From Zootoca vivipara (taxonomy: Eukaryota), in NCBI RefSeq assembly GCF_963506605.1, contig NC_083277.1:87296001-87360000 (forward strand): a stretch of DNA of 64,000 nucleotides, given 5' to 3'. A program made the translations under genes and the position numbers. The notes below the pieces were generated by a model. It made no database searches, had not been told where the DNA came from, and saw nothing but the letters and a program-made list of their open reading frames with translations. Shown one piece after another: positions 38,627-51,224 of this stretch; within the stretch, counting starts at the first letter, position 1, and every line of letters starts with the position of its first letter.

Positions 38627-39300
38627 TCACTTAATCAATGGCTGCGTCCCGACTGATGTTTTTGTGCTTGCCTCTGCTTCGCTCTCAGGTGCCAAGGCTG
38701 TGCTGGAAGAAGCTGCTTCTCCCAAGTGACCAGGAAGAGGTACTAGGGTGGCCGCAGCCTCATCCCACAACTTGACAATCTGCACACTGTTCTCCTTCTT
38801 GGATAGCCAGAAGGCTGGGTAGAGAGGTTCGGTAAACTTGCACTCGAACTTATGCAAGAGAGTCATGACATCCGAAGCAATGCCGTAAAAGGAGAGGGTG
38901 CCCCTGGGGTAATCCAGGTAAACTCCTATCCTGCTAAATCCCTGGACTTTCAAGGGTGTCTCCACATCACTATGCCAAGCGGAGAACTCCTTCCCATTCC
39001 ACTTAACACACCAGGAGAAGTCATTCCCCGAGATGCAGCTGTTGCTTTCTGACCCTTTCCGGTCAATGCTCTTGTTTGTCATGCCAATGTAAACCCCAGC
39101 CCCAAATATCTCGACCTCAAAGTAGTAGCGGCTGATGTATAAGCTTTTGCCCGACAGCACCTGGCGCCAGTGCTGAAATCTCTCTGGGTGATCCGGGTAC
39201 GGGTGCTCCCACGGTGTGGTGTTGGTGACTTTGTGGTTGTCTTCCAGGAGCCTCAAATAGCGATGAGCAGTAACCGGGTCAAAGGTCAATGGGCAAATAT
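38627..39300 (-). CDS. TRIM16: TRIM16 coding exon 6 (PRY-SPRY/B30.2 domain, stop TGA)
   Basis: Acceptor cttcttcctccaaag|[16 protein letters not shown]...[27 protein letters not shown]...[11 protein letters not shown]...FWLSKKEN is diagnostic of TRIM16. Spliced CDS is 1839 nt = 612 aa. Confidence 0.95.
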
Positions 39301-39470
39301 CTTTGGAGGAAGAAGAAATACATTGTATTAGTTTATATAAAACCACCGTTTTCCTCTCGCTGTTCCCCCTCTGCTCGCTCTACTCAAAACTCTGCTCAAC
39401 AAACTGACAGGCTTGCTCTTCAGAGTCCATTCATCTTAAAGGTACAGTCATGTGTATAATTATGCCTTAC

Positions 39471-39566
39471 ATTTCAAGAAGTCACTCCTGCTTTTAGGTT
39501 CTGGGGCCGTTATGCGGTGCTTGAATGGGATCATGGCGGACACCATTGTCTTGATGCCGGCATCCT
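39471..39566 (-). CDS. TRIM16: TRIM16 coding exon 5 (96 nt)
   Basis: Acceptor ttttctttttgcag|AG, donor T|GTAAGG, phase 1/1. (E)DAGIKTMVSAMIPFKHRITAPEPKSRSDFLK(Y); PEPxxRxxFL linker before PRY. Confidence 0.9.
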
Positions 39567-39661
39567 CTGCAAAAAGAAAAGGAACACAACAGCTTAGTTG
39601 CAGGAACAACAGAGGAAATGGTCGTTGGAATGGATGAGTGGAATGTTAGATAGGCACTCAC

Positions 39662-39833
39662 CATCTTTAGCAAACTCCTGCAACTTGTCCTTATAGGAAG
39701 TTTGTAAAAGTTGTAAAATATGTTCTGTGGACTCTGTGACCACCCTTCGGATCCCTGACAATTTGTCTTTTAGGCCAATGTAGACACTGGGCAACGTGTC
39801 GTCTCCTTCGCTCTTCTTGAATTCACAGTATTC
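39662..39833 (-). CDS. TRIM16: TRIM16 coding exon 4 (172 nt)
   Basis: Acceptor tatttacag|GAA, phase-1 donor G|[42 protein letters not shown]...LQEFAKD; the [10 protein letters not shown] motif is as in mammalian TRIM16. Confidence 0.93.
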
Positions 39834-40412
39834 CTGTAAATAAATACCCACATACATACATAAATACTGGTAGGGCCTCTCCAGCCAACATATACTCCTA
39901 ACCTCAATGCCATCCCACCTCCCCACACAGCAGTTAGGCAAAACAAAACAAACCCTGCATCGATTGGTGTTTTAAAAGACTAGTTGCAGTGCAGGGGCTG
40001 TTTTGTTGTGGGTCAGACACAGGTGAGAAGCCAAGGGTTCACCATTTCCACTCTGGGTGTTTGATTCTCCCCTCCTCCCCCTCATGGTACAAGAGGAGTT
40101 TGAGCCAAGAGGCTGAAGAAATGAAGTACATGCGCAGGAGCAGCTTCTCTCACCAGCACTCTCTCTCACACACAAACCTCACACAACAATTAATATTTTT
40201 AAAACAACTATAGGAGTTGTTTTTAAGCCTAACTGGATTGCTTTTCAGGGGAGTCACAGCTGGGCTGGGCTGAGCTTATCCTTCCTTTTCAATGTGCTAA
40301 ACAGGGAGGTGCTGTTAAAGAGGGATATGCACTGCTCAGCCTGGCCTCACTCCCTACAACTAACTGCTCTTCTGTGGTTGCTACAGAAAAGGATGCACAC
40401 ATATTGCACATG

Positions 40413-40853
40413 CAGGGGTGTAGGAAGTGGGGGCGGAGGGGCCGGGCCGCCCCGGGTGCCACTCTGGGAGGGGTGACAAGATGGCCCCTGCCTCGCCCCA
40501 ACTGTAGAACAGCCGAGGGCGTGCACAGTCCGTATGGGCTGCTGCTCTCGCACGCCATCCATATGGGCATCCATACAGGCTGCCTCTCTCACGGTGACCA
40601 TACGGGGCTGCAGCGCATGCACAGTCCGTATGGGATGCCATTTGCACAGCGTCCATACGGGCTGCCGCACATGCGCACTCCGTACGGGATGCCACTCCTG
40701 CAGCAGCCCATACAGTCGCCATGCAAGCGGCAGCCCGTGCAGACTGCACATGTGCGGCATTCTGTACGGAGTGCGCACGCACGGGATGCCACACATGCGC
40801 AGTCTACATGGGCTGTGCCGCCCCGGGTGCCGGAGAGGGTCCCTCCACCACTG
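40413..40853. mobile_element. GC/CpG-rich hAT element in TRIM16 intron 3
   Basis: Ends caggggtgtagg / cctccaccactg; TSD tgcacatg; internal ccgtatgg/ccatacgg repeats. Confidence 0.8.
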
Positions 40854-41784
40854 TGCACATGATTGGTTCAAGTTATCGCAGCCTAATAACCTTCCTGTTT
40901 CTTGACCATCATTGCTATTAATATTTATCTCCACTTTTCTTTTCCAAATCAACTCAAAGTGACCAAATCCCAGGTCCAGAGACACAGCCCCTGTTTGGCA
41001 GGCCAAGACCCATCTCATCTCCCAATCTTGCTTGGGAGGGGGAGCAGGAAGCAACAACTGCTCCAGATCAGGGCCCTGCAGGTACTCCAGGAAAGAGTGG
41101 GGCATCAGAACCAACCACAAACCTACTCAGTCATTGCCTGATGGCTGCTGGGGCAGCAGTTTCATTCTTGCCTCTTTGGCTGGATAGCTCCCCGGCTGAT
41201 TCAGGCCTCCTGGTCTCAGGCTTAGCTGCTGCTGCTTCTGGAAAGTCAGACAGCTCCCCAATCTCATGGTACAAGAGGAGTTTGAGCCAAGAGGCTGAAG
41301 AAATGAAGTACATGCGCAGGAGCAGCTTCTCTCACCAGCAGCTTCTGCTCACTCAATTGCACACATTAGCTGCCCATAGAGCAGCAGCTGGTCTCACAAA
41401 CACGTACACAACACATAGTTTAATGGCGGAACTTGCTCACACAGGAGACAGTGTTTTAAAACAAGCTGGATTGCTTTAAAGGAGGACAGGGCAATTTCGT
41501 GGAGGATACAGCTATCCATGGCCACTTGCCACTGAATGTCAATGTTCTACCTACACTGTCAAACCTAGTATGTCTCTGTATATCACTTGCTGGGAATTAC
41601 AAGTGGGGGTGCACTTGGGTCCTGCTTGTGGGCTTCCCAAAGGCATCTGGTTGGCCACTGTGAGAACAGGATGCTGGACTAGAGGGGCCACAGGCCTGGT
41701 TGAGCATCTCGGATCACGCAAACACACAGGAGCATGCACAGCTTACAGAAAGAAATGCAACGAGACAGCAAGGGTTGCATTTCA

Positions 41785-42001
41785 CATGTCAAAGTGCAAG
41801 TAGATAAATAGGTACCGCTACAGTGGGTAGGTAAACAGCATTTCCATGTGCTGCTCTGGTTTGCCAGAAGCGGCTTTGTCATGCTGGCCACATGACCTGG
41901 AAGCTGTACGCCGGCTCCCTCGACCAGTAAAGTGAGATGAGCGCCACAACCCCAGAGTCATCCGCGACTGGACCTAATGGTCAGGGGTCCCTTTACCCTT
42001 T
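41785..42001 (+). mobile_element. 5'-truncated Sauria SINE in intron 3
   Basis: Matches the 3' part of the intact copies. Confidence 0.85.
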
Positions 42002-42071
42002 AACCCAAACCTTTGACCATTTTAAGTCAGCAACACCAATTGACTGTTTGCCTCTTTGCCACTTAAGGTAC

Positions 42072-42305
42072 CTTCAGAAAGATGATGTCATTTGTGTGTG
42101 TGGCCATCTTCTCCAGCCTGCTCTTGCATTCCTCCATCACCACCCGCTTGTTCTCAAGGTGGATCTTTATCCCATTAGCATGATTAACGGCACCACGCTC
42201 CTTCTCCTCTAGGAAAGCTAGCACAACAGACTGAGTCTTCTTCACTGCTTGGAGCAGCTCCTCAAACTTCTCTTCCACCAAGGCTTTCACTTCAGATACG
42301 GAACT
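42072..42305 (-). CDS. TRIM16: TRIM16 coding exon 3 (234 nt, coiled coil)
   Basis: Acceptor ttcctccccctgcag|AGT, donor AAG|GTACCT. SSVSEVKALVEEKFEELLQAVKKTQ...FLEEKERGAVNHANGIKIHLE...NDIIFLK. Confidence 0.92.
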
Positions 42306-42349
42306 CTGCAGGGGGAGGAAATCACCATCTTTGTTGTTGGAAAAGTAAC

Positions 42350-42590
42350 ATAGTGCAGTGGTTAGAGGTCCAGTGTGGTGTGGTGGTTAAAGTGTCAGAA
42401 CAAGTTCAGGAAGTTCAGCAATCAAATCTCCATTCAGCTAAGAATGTCCCTGAGTGGCCTTGGGCCATTCACTGTCTAACCTACCTTAGAGAGTTATTGC
42501 AAATATAAAATAAGAAAGGGAGAGAGAACCATGTGTACCACCTTGAGGTCTTTGGAGCAAAGGTTGGATATAAATATAATAAATTGATTG
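42350..42590 (+). mobile_element. MIR-like SINE remnant
   Basis: gtggtgtggtggttaaagtg...ggccttgggccattcact...acctaccttagagagttattg. Confidence 0.55.
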
Positions 42591-43354
42591 ATAAATGTGC
42601 CCATATTAATATGAGATGTGAGGGCAAAAGAAAGCTGTTGAAGGAGAGGAAACAGAAGGCACTGTGAAAATAAATGAGCAACAGAGACAGAGAATATCCC
42701 CTTCCTCTAGTAGACAGCCAACTCCTGACAAGACCAGCCTGTCAATAGCTGTCATTCAACTACTTGGCACAAGGAGTGTGCCATACCTGGTCAACATGGA
42801 GACAGAATCATCTACATCAGGGGTGGCAAACATACGGATTGTCAGATGGTGTTGGACTCTAACTCCCATCATCCCCTGCCAACATGATCAATGATTATGG
42901 ATGATGGTAGCTGGAGTCCAAAAACATCTGAACGGCCGTACGTGCCCAACCCCCGAGATAAACCTTCAAGATGGAGGAGCAACCCACAGAATATTTTACA
43001 TTCCTCAGGCAACTACCAGGCTGGCAGAAGGGTTGTGCAGTATAAGAAGCTTTCCAATAAGTGAAAATGAATTGCATTAGTCACTCCTCTATTATTTTAA
43101 GGAAGACCAACCCTGTGGGAACCTACCAGCCATGTGGAAATGTGACTCATCTGCTGGATGATATCATCAAGCTTTTGTTTTCACAACAGAAACCCACATA
43201 GCGATTGAGCCTGCCACTCCCCTGCCACCCTGGCCATCAAATTTGGCACATGTGAGTAACAATCCAGACAAGGTAAGAAGTGTTTTGGGTCCATAGGATC
43301 ACTGACCCAGGAGTAGGTTTGTGATGGAAGGGTGGGTTAAAAAAATTGTATTTA

Positions 43355-43364
<10 letters not shown>

Positions 43365-43412
<48 letters not shown>
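43365..43412. repeat. (CA)n microsatellite
   Basis: Direct reading. Confidence 0.95.
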
Positions 43413-43414
<2 letters not shown>

Positions 43415-44150
43415 ACATAAGAAATGAAATGATATACAAAACTGGTTTACAAACTTGTGAGTGTTGTAGAGAGATACAATAACTAAGGAAGAGTTTATCT
43501 GACGGGTCACATATTTTGTGGCTATACTTTGAGAAGAATCAAAAAAACAAGATGAGCATAAAAGAGGGAGTGATTAAAATGCTAAACCACAAACTCTAGT
43601 CCCTGTTTTTCCATAATGACAATGGTCAGCATCAGCACTCGGCATCCTAGGGCCACTTCCGTGGTCCTTCACATCATGAAGCTACATCTGAAAGCCATCA
43701 TTTGGATTTCCCAGAGAGTTACGACATCAGATGCTCCAGGGCGTCCTTCCCCAAGCCAGTGCCCTCTAAATGTTTTGGGCTCCAATTCCAACCATCCCTG
43801 ACCATTGGCCATGCTGGGATGGGAGTTGGTGCCCAACAACATCTGTAGGGCACCAGGTTGTTCCAGGACATTATGAGAAATTGCTGCTGTTGCTAACACT
43901 ACCTGTGCCTGAGGGGTCCACCAGAGGGCATTTTGCCCAGGACCTTTCCAAACCTGGAGCCAGCCCTGGTCCAGATTGTTTTGTGGGGTTACAGGCAGTT
44001 AGCAAAGTCTACAAAGATACAGCCTGCTTATAACAAAAAGAGGGCTATGGGAAGAATGCCTTTCTTAATACAGTACAATACAGCTAATTTGAGACCAACC
44101 TGAAAGGGAACTTAGCTTCAAAGAAAGAAGTGGCCTAGTGAAAATCTTAC

Positions 44151-44246
44151 CACTATAGACTCTGAATTTCTCTGCAGCTTATCAATTGCATTTTCTGCTG
44201 ACTTCAGTTTCCAGTCATAGCCTGCTTCGAGCTGAATAAGTTCGTA
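44151..44246 (-). CDS. TRIM16: TRIM16 coding exon 2 (96 nt, coiled coil)
   Basis: Acceptor ctacccacag|TAC, donor GTG|GTAAGA. YELIQLEAGYDWKLKSAENAIDKLQRNSESIV; 96-nt phase 0/0 exon typical of TRIM coiled coils. Confidence 0.92.
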
Positions 44247-46833
44247 CTGTGGGTAGATAAAATCAGAGGTTATTGAAAGAGGCAACTCAACAACAGTTTT
44301 TAAAGGCCATGGAAATATCCATTTCCCCTTAAAAGCAATCAAGCTGGGATTTGTATCCGCTAAGGGCCAAAGTGCACATTACATTAAATGTTCAATCATG
44401 GGCTAACAAACCTAGACAGATAGAGGTGCTTTTGGTCAGTAGGAAAGCTTAGCCCATCAGATGTACCTGATGAGAATGCACTGCCCTTCAAGGACAAGGT
44501 TTGCAGTTTGGGGTACTCTTGGAACCCAACTTTGCCATGGGATTGTCAGGTGGCAGCTGTGCTTTTGCACAGCTTTGACCACTGTGCCAGTTGTGTCCTT
44601 TCCTGGAGAAATCAGATCGATACTGTCACACGTTTTGATCACATCTAGATGAGATGCCTGCAATGTGCTCCACATGAGGCTGCCCTTGAAAAGTATTCAG
44701 AAACTTCAGCTGAGGCAAGATATGGCAGGAACAATGTTAGCCAGTTTTGCTTTCCAAAGCAACATGTTCCTGAAACATTATTTGGTTCCTCTGGGCCTTT
44801 ACGGTGGGGGAGGATCTACTTGTGACTAAGAGCATGTCCACACTGCATGTCCACATGCATTTAATACTGCATGCAGGTGCATTTTGGGGTGCAAACACTT
44901 GGCGGCGTCCCCATGTCATTCCTATACCACACCTTCATTTGATCTAAATTTGCATTCTTCAGGGGGACAGATTATGAGTTTAACAAATCCCTTTGGTATT
45001 AAATATGAAACATTAAATAATAGTTATATCCCGGAGAACAGGAATAGACAGAAAAAGCCAAAAGCTCACACCTTCTACACAGGTAGTCATAGCGGCTATT
45101 TTATAGTGCCTCTTTCACCCAAACTATGATTCACAGCAATTTCTGGAATTATTGCTACATTATAAAAGCCTCAGGGTGGGAAAGTTTCAATATAGAAACT
45201 GGGACATGGAAACAATCATCCAAATGGGAGGAAATCAGAACTCCTTCGTACTTGTTTGCCCAAAACTGCACCCTAATTCAAGAAAACAGCATTAAGACCA
45301 TTGGGCACTCCTTTGAGATTATTGCTGTAGGTCTGTTTACTTTTAAGCTAAATATTTTACAAGGACCATGTAAAGTCCATGCTTGTTTTTGCCTAAACAT
45401 CTGAATGAAAGATGCAGCGGCTTATTTTTAACACTGGGTGAAATGGGTGTTCATATTCAGTGGTTTAAATAACACCCACCCTTGCATAACTACTGGGGAG
45501 GGATGGGTGATATGAGTCCCTTTGTGATAGAAAGGGAAGGTGGAAAGGAGGAAGTAATTATTACATTATTTCTTATATTCTGCCCTTCCTCCCACATAGC
45601 CAACAATCATAAAAGGACGACATTAAAACCAGCATTTTAAAACCTCAGTTCAGAATACCTTGCAATATCCAATACGCTACATTGGATATTATAACACAAA
45701 TCATATCAACGGGGGCACTGTAATTATGCTCCACTGCTCCAGTGCCCCATGAGAGTAAATTTCTAAGCTGCTGCCTGAGTCAAGATAGTGTGGGAGACCA
45801 TTTGATCTCAACTGGACAGGAGTTCTGTAACTAGTGTGACACCACTGAAAAAGTCCTTCTTGCAGTGGTTCCTTGAACCATATACCACTGGGTGCAAGTA
45901 GAGTTCAAGTGCAAGACCTACCATGCGCACAATTGCAACAACAATGCTAACTATCTCTTTGAGTGAATGAATCTTAACTTCAATAGCTATTGGTCCCATG
46001 ATGGTGTCGTTTATTAGAACCTCTCACTGCAGCTGAGGATCTTTCCAGGTCAATTTCTACCTTGAGCTTCTAGCCGTAGGAATTATGCCTACTGAACTAC
46101 TGATTCTCTTGTCCTGTGGCAGCTACATTTTTGTCTCAGTCCTCACTGAGAGTCAAGACATAAAGCCAAGGGCTGAGCCACAGAGCCAGTCATCTAAACT
46201 GCCAGAAATACAGACATGGATCAGCATTGGACACTCGGTCACAGCTTCCCAGCATCTGCATCCAAGGGCCAAAAGCTGATCTGGGCCAAATTCTGCATGT
46301 GCTGCCAGTGGTGAAACAACCAGTTCAGTCCTTAGTAATATAGCAAACTCCCCAGTTGCCCTGGGCTTGGGATAATTGCAAGCAGGCCCCGTGTGTAGAT
46401 AACACTTGGCAATACCACCCTTTTCTAACAGAAAGCAGGCACACCCCATTTTTGTCCATCCAGCTTTTGTCAGATTTCCCCTGAACTGTGATCCCTTCTG
46501 TGGGATGGCCTCCTGGGTTTCATAATATGTCAAGCTACATAACCATGAAACCCCAGGCATCTGACATTTGCAGCAAAACCCTAGCATGTTTACTCAGCAG
46601 CAAGCTCCGCTGCATTCAGTGAAGCCTGTTCTCTAGTAAGTTTGCAATTCTACACAATCTTAACATGATATCAAGCAGGAATCCCTTGGCAGCACTCTGG
46701 GCCAGCCATGCACATGTAAAAAGGCTGTGTGCGTGTGAATGAGAGAACCCTCTAGCCCCCATATTTCCTAGCAAGCCAGTATGCCATGACATTCCCCCTG
46801 AACATTGACAGTGCTCAGAAAGCTACAGTTTAC

Positions 46834-47400
46834 CTCCTTTTCCTTCCTGGCTACCCCACAGGTGACAGCCTTGTGCCCCTGGTGTCCATCTGCAAGGCAC
46901 TCCTCACAGACACACACAAGGTCAGTATGGCAGAACCAACCAAGGTGCCTCTTGTGGACTTCGCAGCTCTGCATGTCAATGTCCTTCATTGGATCCATAA
47001 GCTTATGGGTCTGGAGTTTGGCGTTCTCCAAGTGAGGCTTCAAGTGATCCTGGCAATAGTTTACCATGCAGGTCAAGCAGGACTTCACTGCCAGCACCTT
47101 CTCAGCCAAGCAGAAGTCACAGAGGACCTCTTCTCCCTCTACCACGTCCCCTTCCCCAATCTTGCCTGGTGGCTCCTCTTTGGATCCATTTTCAGTCACA
47201 TTCTCTCCCAGGCCTACTCCGTTGCTGGGAGTGTGTCCTCCTCTTTCTGGATCCGATGACAGAGGGTCCGCTTCATTTTTCAGTCCTACGCTCTCACACT
47301 CTTCCTCGCAGATCTGTGACCCATTTGCCACATGGTTGGAGTCTTCAAGTGTCGGTTCTCGAGGCAGTTCTTTGGGACAGCTGGATTCAGAGTCAGCCAT
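46834..47400 (-). CDS. TRIM16: TRIM16 coding exon 1 (567 nt): acidic low-complexity N-terminus plus B-box 1 and B-box 2
   Basis: ATG at 47400. Translation MADSESS...EVLCDFCLAEKVLAVKSCLTCMVNYCQDHLKPH...CEVHKRHLGWFCHTDLVCVCEECLADGHQGH matches recalled TRIM16 B-boxes. Ends at phase-0 donor GAG|GTAAAC. Confidence 0.93.
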
Positions 47401-49702
47401 TTTATAATATTTCCTGAACAGAGCTGCTTCTCCAACTCCGACAGCTGCTGCCTTCTAAGGTGTTTGCACTGTAGCTGCACGCAGTCCAGATATGAAAGAA
47501 CAGTCACACCTGAACACTCCTCAGTGCCTCAGGATATTAACTCTTTCCTGTCACCTTCCATAAGCTTGAATTAAATTACGCAGCTTGGCATCCAATAAAA
47601 CAAGCTGCTGGCGTGTTCGGCCTCTTCTCTGTTGAGATTGCTGCGGATAAGCACCAATCCACAAGTGGCTAGTTATCTTTCTCATTTTCAAAAGGAAGGG
47701 GGAGGCCCTAACCAGAAGGGATGGTGCGTAGTTCAGGAAATACCTGGCATTATTACTCATTCCTTCTCTCAGCTTAACTCTGTGTAATGTATACAGACCG
47801 AGAGGCTTTTCTGAAGCCGGAATGTGGCTTGGGAGGCATGAGAAAGAATTCTGGAAGACAGTGATAGGTAGCTCTGTGGCTTTCCGGATTTTGCTGAACT
47901 CCAGTTCCCATCAGCCCCAGCAATGGGGCAATGGTCAGGGATGAAGGGAGATAGAGTCCAGCTATGCCTGGCAGAGCACAGGTTCCCCAACCCTGGTGCA
48001 AGAACACACTGCACAATCCTATACATTTCTGCTCAGAAGTCCCGTTGCATGAAATTGGAAACCAAAAGAAAAAGGCACAGCACAAGAATGATTAAAATTA
48101 ATATGGCAATATGGGGGGGTTGGGGGGGCAGACTGTCAAAGCAAATAAAAGCATCCAAACAAGAAAATGTGGAGGACAACCCTTATGGACAATTCTATAG
48201 GTTCAGGCAGCACAATCTCTTGGAAGCAAGCTCCATTGAACTTCATGAACTGCGTGAGACTTTGTTTAAAAGGCTAACATGCTCAGGGATAGACTGCTAT
48301 AGTTGATCATTCAATGCTACCCCACAGGTTTGGAGATTGATCACACATGGTCTGAGAAGCTGATGAAGAGGAGAGCTTGGGGTGACGAATCAGGAAGATA
48401 CAAGGGCCTGAGAGATTCAAGATTCTGAATTTTCAGGTTGTATATTGTACGTTCTCTGGGCAATGTGCACATTCTCTCATCATTATGCATAGTCACCAAG
48501 AAACATGCCTTTTTTCTATCTGTAGTTCAGAAGCTAGCAACATGAAGGCACTGGGCTGCTTGTCAATCACAGCTTAATCTTACAGGACCCACAACATACC
48601 CTTCCCAGATCAGCTGATGGGTTTTAGGACTCCAGAAAAGACTTCTTTTTTGCATTTCATCCTCTTTATCATCCCTCTCAGCTGTTTTCCACTCAGCTGC
48701 GCAACACAAGCGAAATTGTAGGGAGAGGAAAGTTTTAAATCCTGCCTCCCACCATCCTGATGTAAATTGCGCCTCCTGCCATGCTGCTATTAAGCTTAGG
48801 GAAAAGTTCGAAAGCTGCATGGGGGTCAATCATCATTAGAATTGCAATAGAGGGAAGAGTTAACCACCTAAGGAAGGGTTGCTCAGCAGAGAAAAGAGGG
48901 CTGGGAGAGCTTTCAATAAGCAGAAACTGAGTTTTCTTGTTAGACCATTTGGGTTTGCCTTAAGGAAGCAAGAGACCCTGCAGCCTCCATGCCTCGAAGC
49001 CCTGTTTCTCCTACTGGTCCCCTTCACCCTCTCTCTGCTGCCCTGCCTTCTGCAGCAAACAGGAGTTCAGTTTGTATTCCCCACAACAGATGGGAAAGAG
49101 AGGGTGGGCAAAGGGATCTGAGGGCGGGCTATGGGGCAGGGAGCCAACCAGCTGGATGGTCTTCCTGCTGCCTCAAGACATTTAAAGGATTCTCATATGA
49201 AGACATGGCAAATGTTGGTGCATTGTTGCTTAGGAAAAATCCAAACATTGTGGCCCCAGTTTGCCATGTATTCTTAGGTTTCGTGCAGAACCTAAGGCTT
49301 TTGTCTATACAGTTTCTTAAGATTACAGAAGACCTCATCTTTCAAGGTGAATGCATTCCTAAAGCTTGATTATGTTATTTGCTATGCTGAGTCAAATGTA
49401 TGATGCCAGGTACAGAACAGAGCAGATAAACAGGTAACTGCCCATGGAAAGCAGGGTTGACAAGCACCGCCTATCAGCTGGTGATTGGTGCTTGCAAAGC
49501 CTTTTGCATTCTCAGTTCACGTGGGGCATTGCTGAGGGTTAACTGGCCTGGCCGATACCCCACATGGACTGTGCATGTGGCTCTAAAGATAATGTCCCCA
49601 CATTCGCTACAGGATGCAGGAGTTCCTTGACATATTAGTTGACATGGAAAGAAAGTCTGAAAACCATGCCCATCGGGTTGCCAGTTTGCAACTCACTGCA
49701 AC

Positions 49703-50560
49703 CAGGGACAGAGGAAGCCGCTGCGGCACCCGGTGCGGGACCCAGGGGCAGGGTGTCGTCACGCAGCATGCATGTGACGTCACCACGCACGCATGCACGC
49801 TCCGCAGCGCCGCCGCCAGCAAACCCCTCCAGCGCCCGCATGCGCACACGGCACCAGGGCAGTCTCGAGCAGGTCGGGCGCCCTAGCACTGAGGCACAGA
49901 GATCGCTCCAGCGCCCCCGCCCTCGCAGCGTGCAGCATGACTTTGCCACGCAGCATCCCGCCTGCCGGCCTGGCGCCCTGGCACCCCGCGCCACCGGGAG
50001 TATACCTAGAGCTGGCCCTGCACGGCGCTCCCCCCGGCAGATACGCCGAAGCTTCTGGCTTGGTGGAGCCAGGGGCGGAGCACCGTGTGTGCATGGGGGA
50101 GCCAGCCGTGAGTTGCTGGAGTGCCCCAAAGCATTCCGGAGCGAGGATGGGTGCTCCGCAGCGCTTTCTGCCCCTCTAGCAAGTCACGGCCAGCTCAACC
50201 TCCCGCAAGCGCACACATGGCGTTCCCCGCCCCCTTTGGAAGATACACGGAAGCTACCTGCTGGGTAGAGCCGCGGAGGCCCTGGCCCGCCCAGGAAGGT
50301 TCAGTGTAAATCTGCTGGGGGGGAGCACCATGTGTGCACTTTCAGGAGGCGGAGGCGGCCGCGACTTGCTAGAACAGAAAGCATTACGGAGCAACTCTAG
50401 CAACCGCATGCTGGCCAAGCAAGTGAGCCAGCCACCAAGCGAGGCGTTTTACCGGGTGGGGGCTGGCTGCTCACTCGCCAGGGAGGCACTGAGTGGCACC
50501 CTCCAAAGAGTGGAACCCGGGGCGCAGCACCCCTATCGCCACCCCCTTGCGACGCCACTG
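49703..50560. mobile_element. 858-bp CpG-rich non-autonomous hAT element upstream of the TRIM16 ATG
   Basis: Ends cagggacagagg / gcgacgccactg; perfect 8-bp TSD actgcaac (49695-49702, 50561-50568). Confidence 0.78.
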
Positions 50561-50744
50561 ACTGCAACCATCTTGAGAAGCTGTGGTTTTCTGGATAGAG
50601 AACAAGTCGCACACAACAGAGGGGAAATTTCCCAGAGTGATTTTGTTAGCTAATGTGACCACTGAACCCTGGGCAGAAATTTCAGGAAGATTATACAAAC
50701 GCTGCCAAAATGGGGCAGAACTAATCATGTCGCAATGCTCAGAT

Positions 50745-50994
50745 CAGGGCCGTCTTAAGTATATTTGGCGCCCTGGCACCGTGGTGCGACGGATCCCTCC
50801 GCCGCCCCGCCCCACCCTGTTTCCCAGTGCGGCGGGCGGCCGGAGCTGTGCGGGTGGGCCGGCGGGCGGGCGCAGCGCACAGCACTGCTGCCGAGGGTGC
50901 AGCTCCACGGCGGGTGGGCAGGCGCAGCTCCACAGCGGGCAGGCGGGCGCACTGACACCCTGCACCACCCAGCCTGGCCGTAGGGCCGGCCCTG
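50745..50994. mobile_element. GC-rich hAT MITE (same terminal motif as the 34281 and 34435 elements)
   Basis: TIR cagggccg / cggccctg; TSD gctcagat. Confidence 0.85.
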
Positions 50995-51101
50995 GCTCAG
51001 ATCACAATATGTAACTGCCGACAAGCTATTTTTCACATACCTATTCTATGAGACTGACTACTGTGCAAATGATCGTTATAAGCATATCAAAAGGTCTTGA
51101 T

Positions 51102-51224
51102 CAGGCTTCCTCCAGATGTTTTGAGACTACAATTCCCATCATGCCTGACCACTGGTCCTGCTAGCTAGGGATCATGGGAGTTGTAGGCGAAAGACATCTG
51201 GAGGGCCGAGGTTGAGGAAGCCTG
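51102..51224. mobile_element. Charlie/Buster-like hAT MITE
   Basis: TIR caggcttcctc / gaggaagcctg; interior as in 12226-12361; imperfect TSD. Confidence 0.75.

Noticed and set aside
40347-41120. 257-aa ORF and overlapping repeat-rich ORFs in intron 3
   Set aside because: Derived from the internal repeats of the 40413-40853 element; the TRIM16 CDS is complete without them.
49607-50268. Long GC-rich ORFs (209 aa, 164 aa)
   Set aside because: They lie within a TSD-bounded hAT element; overlapping ORFs on both strands reflect GC content and show no domain motifs.
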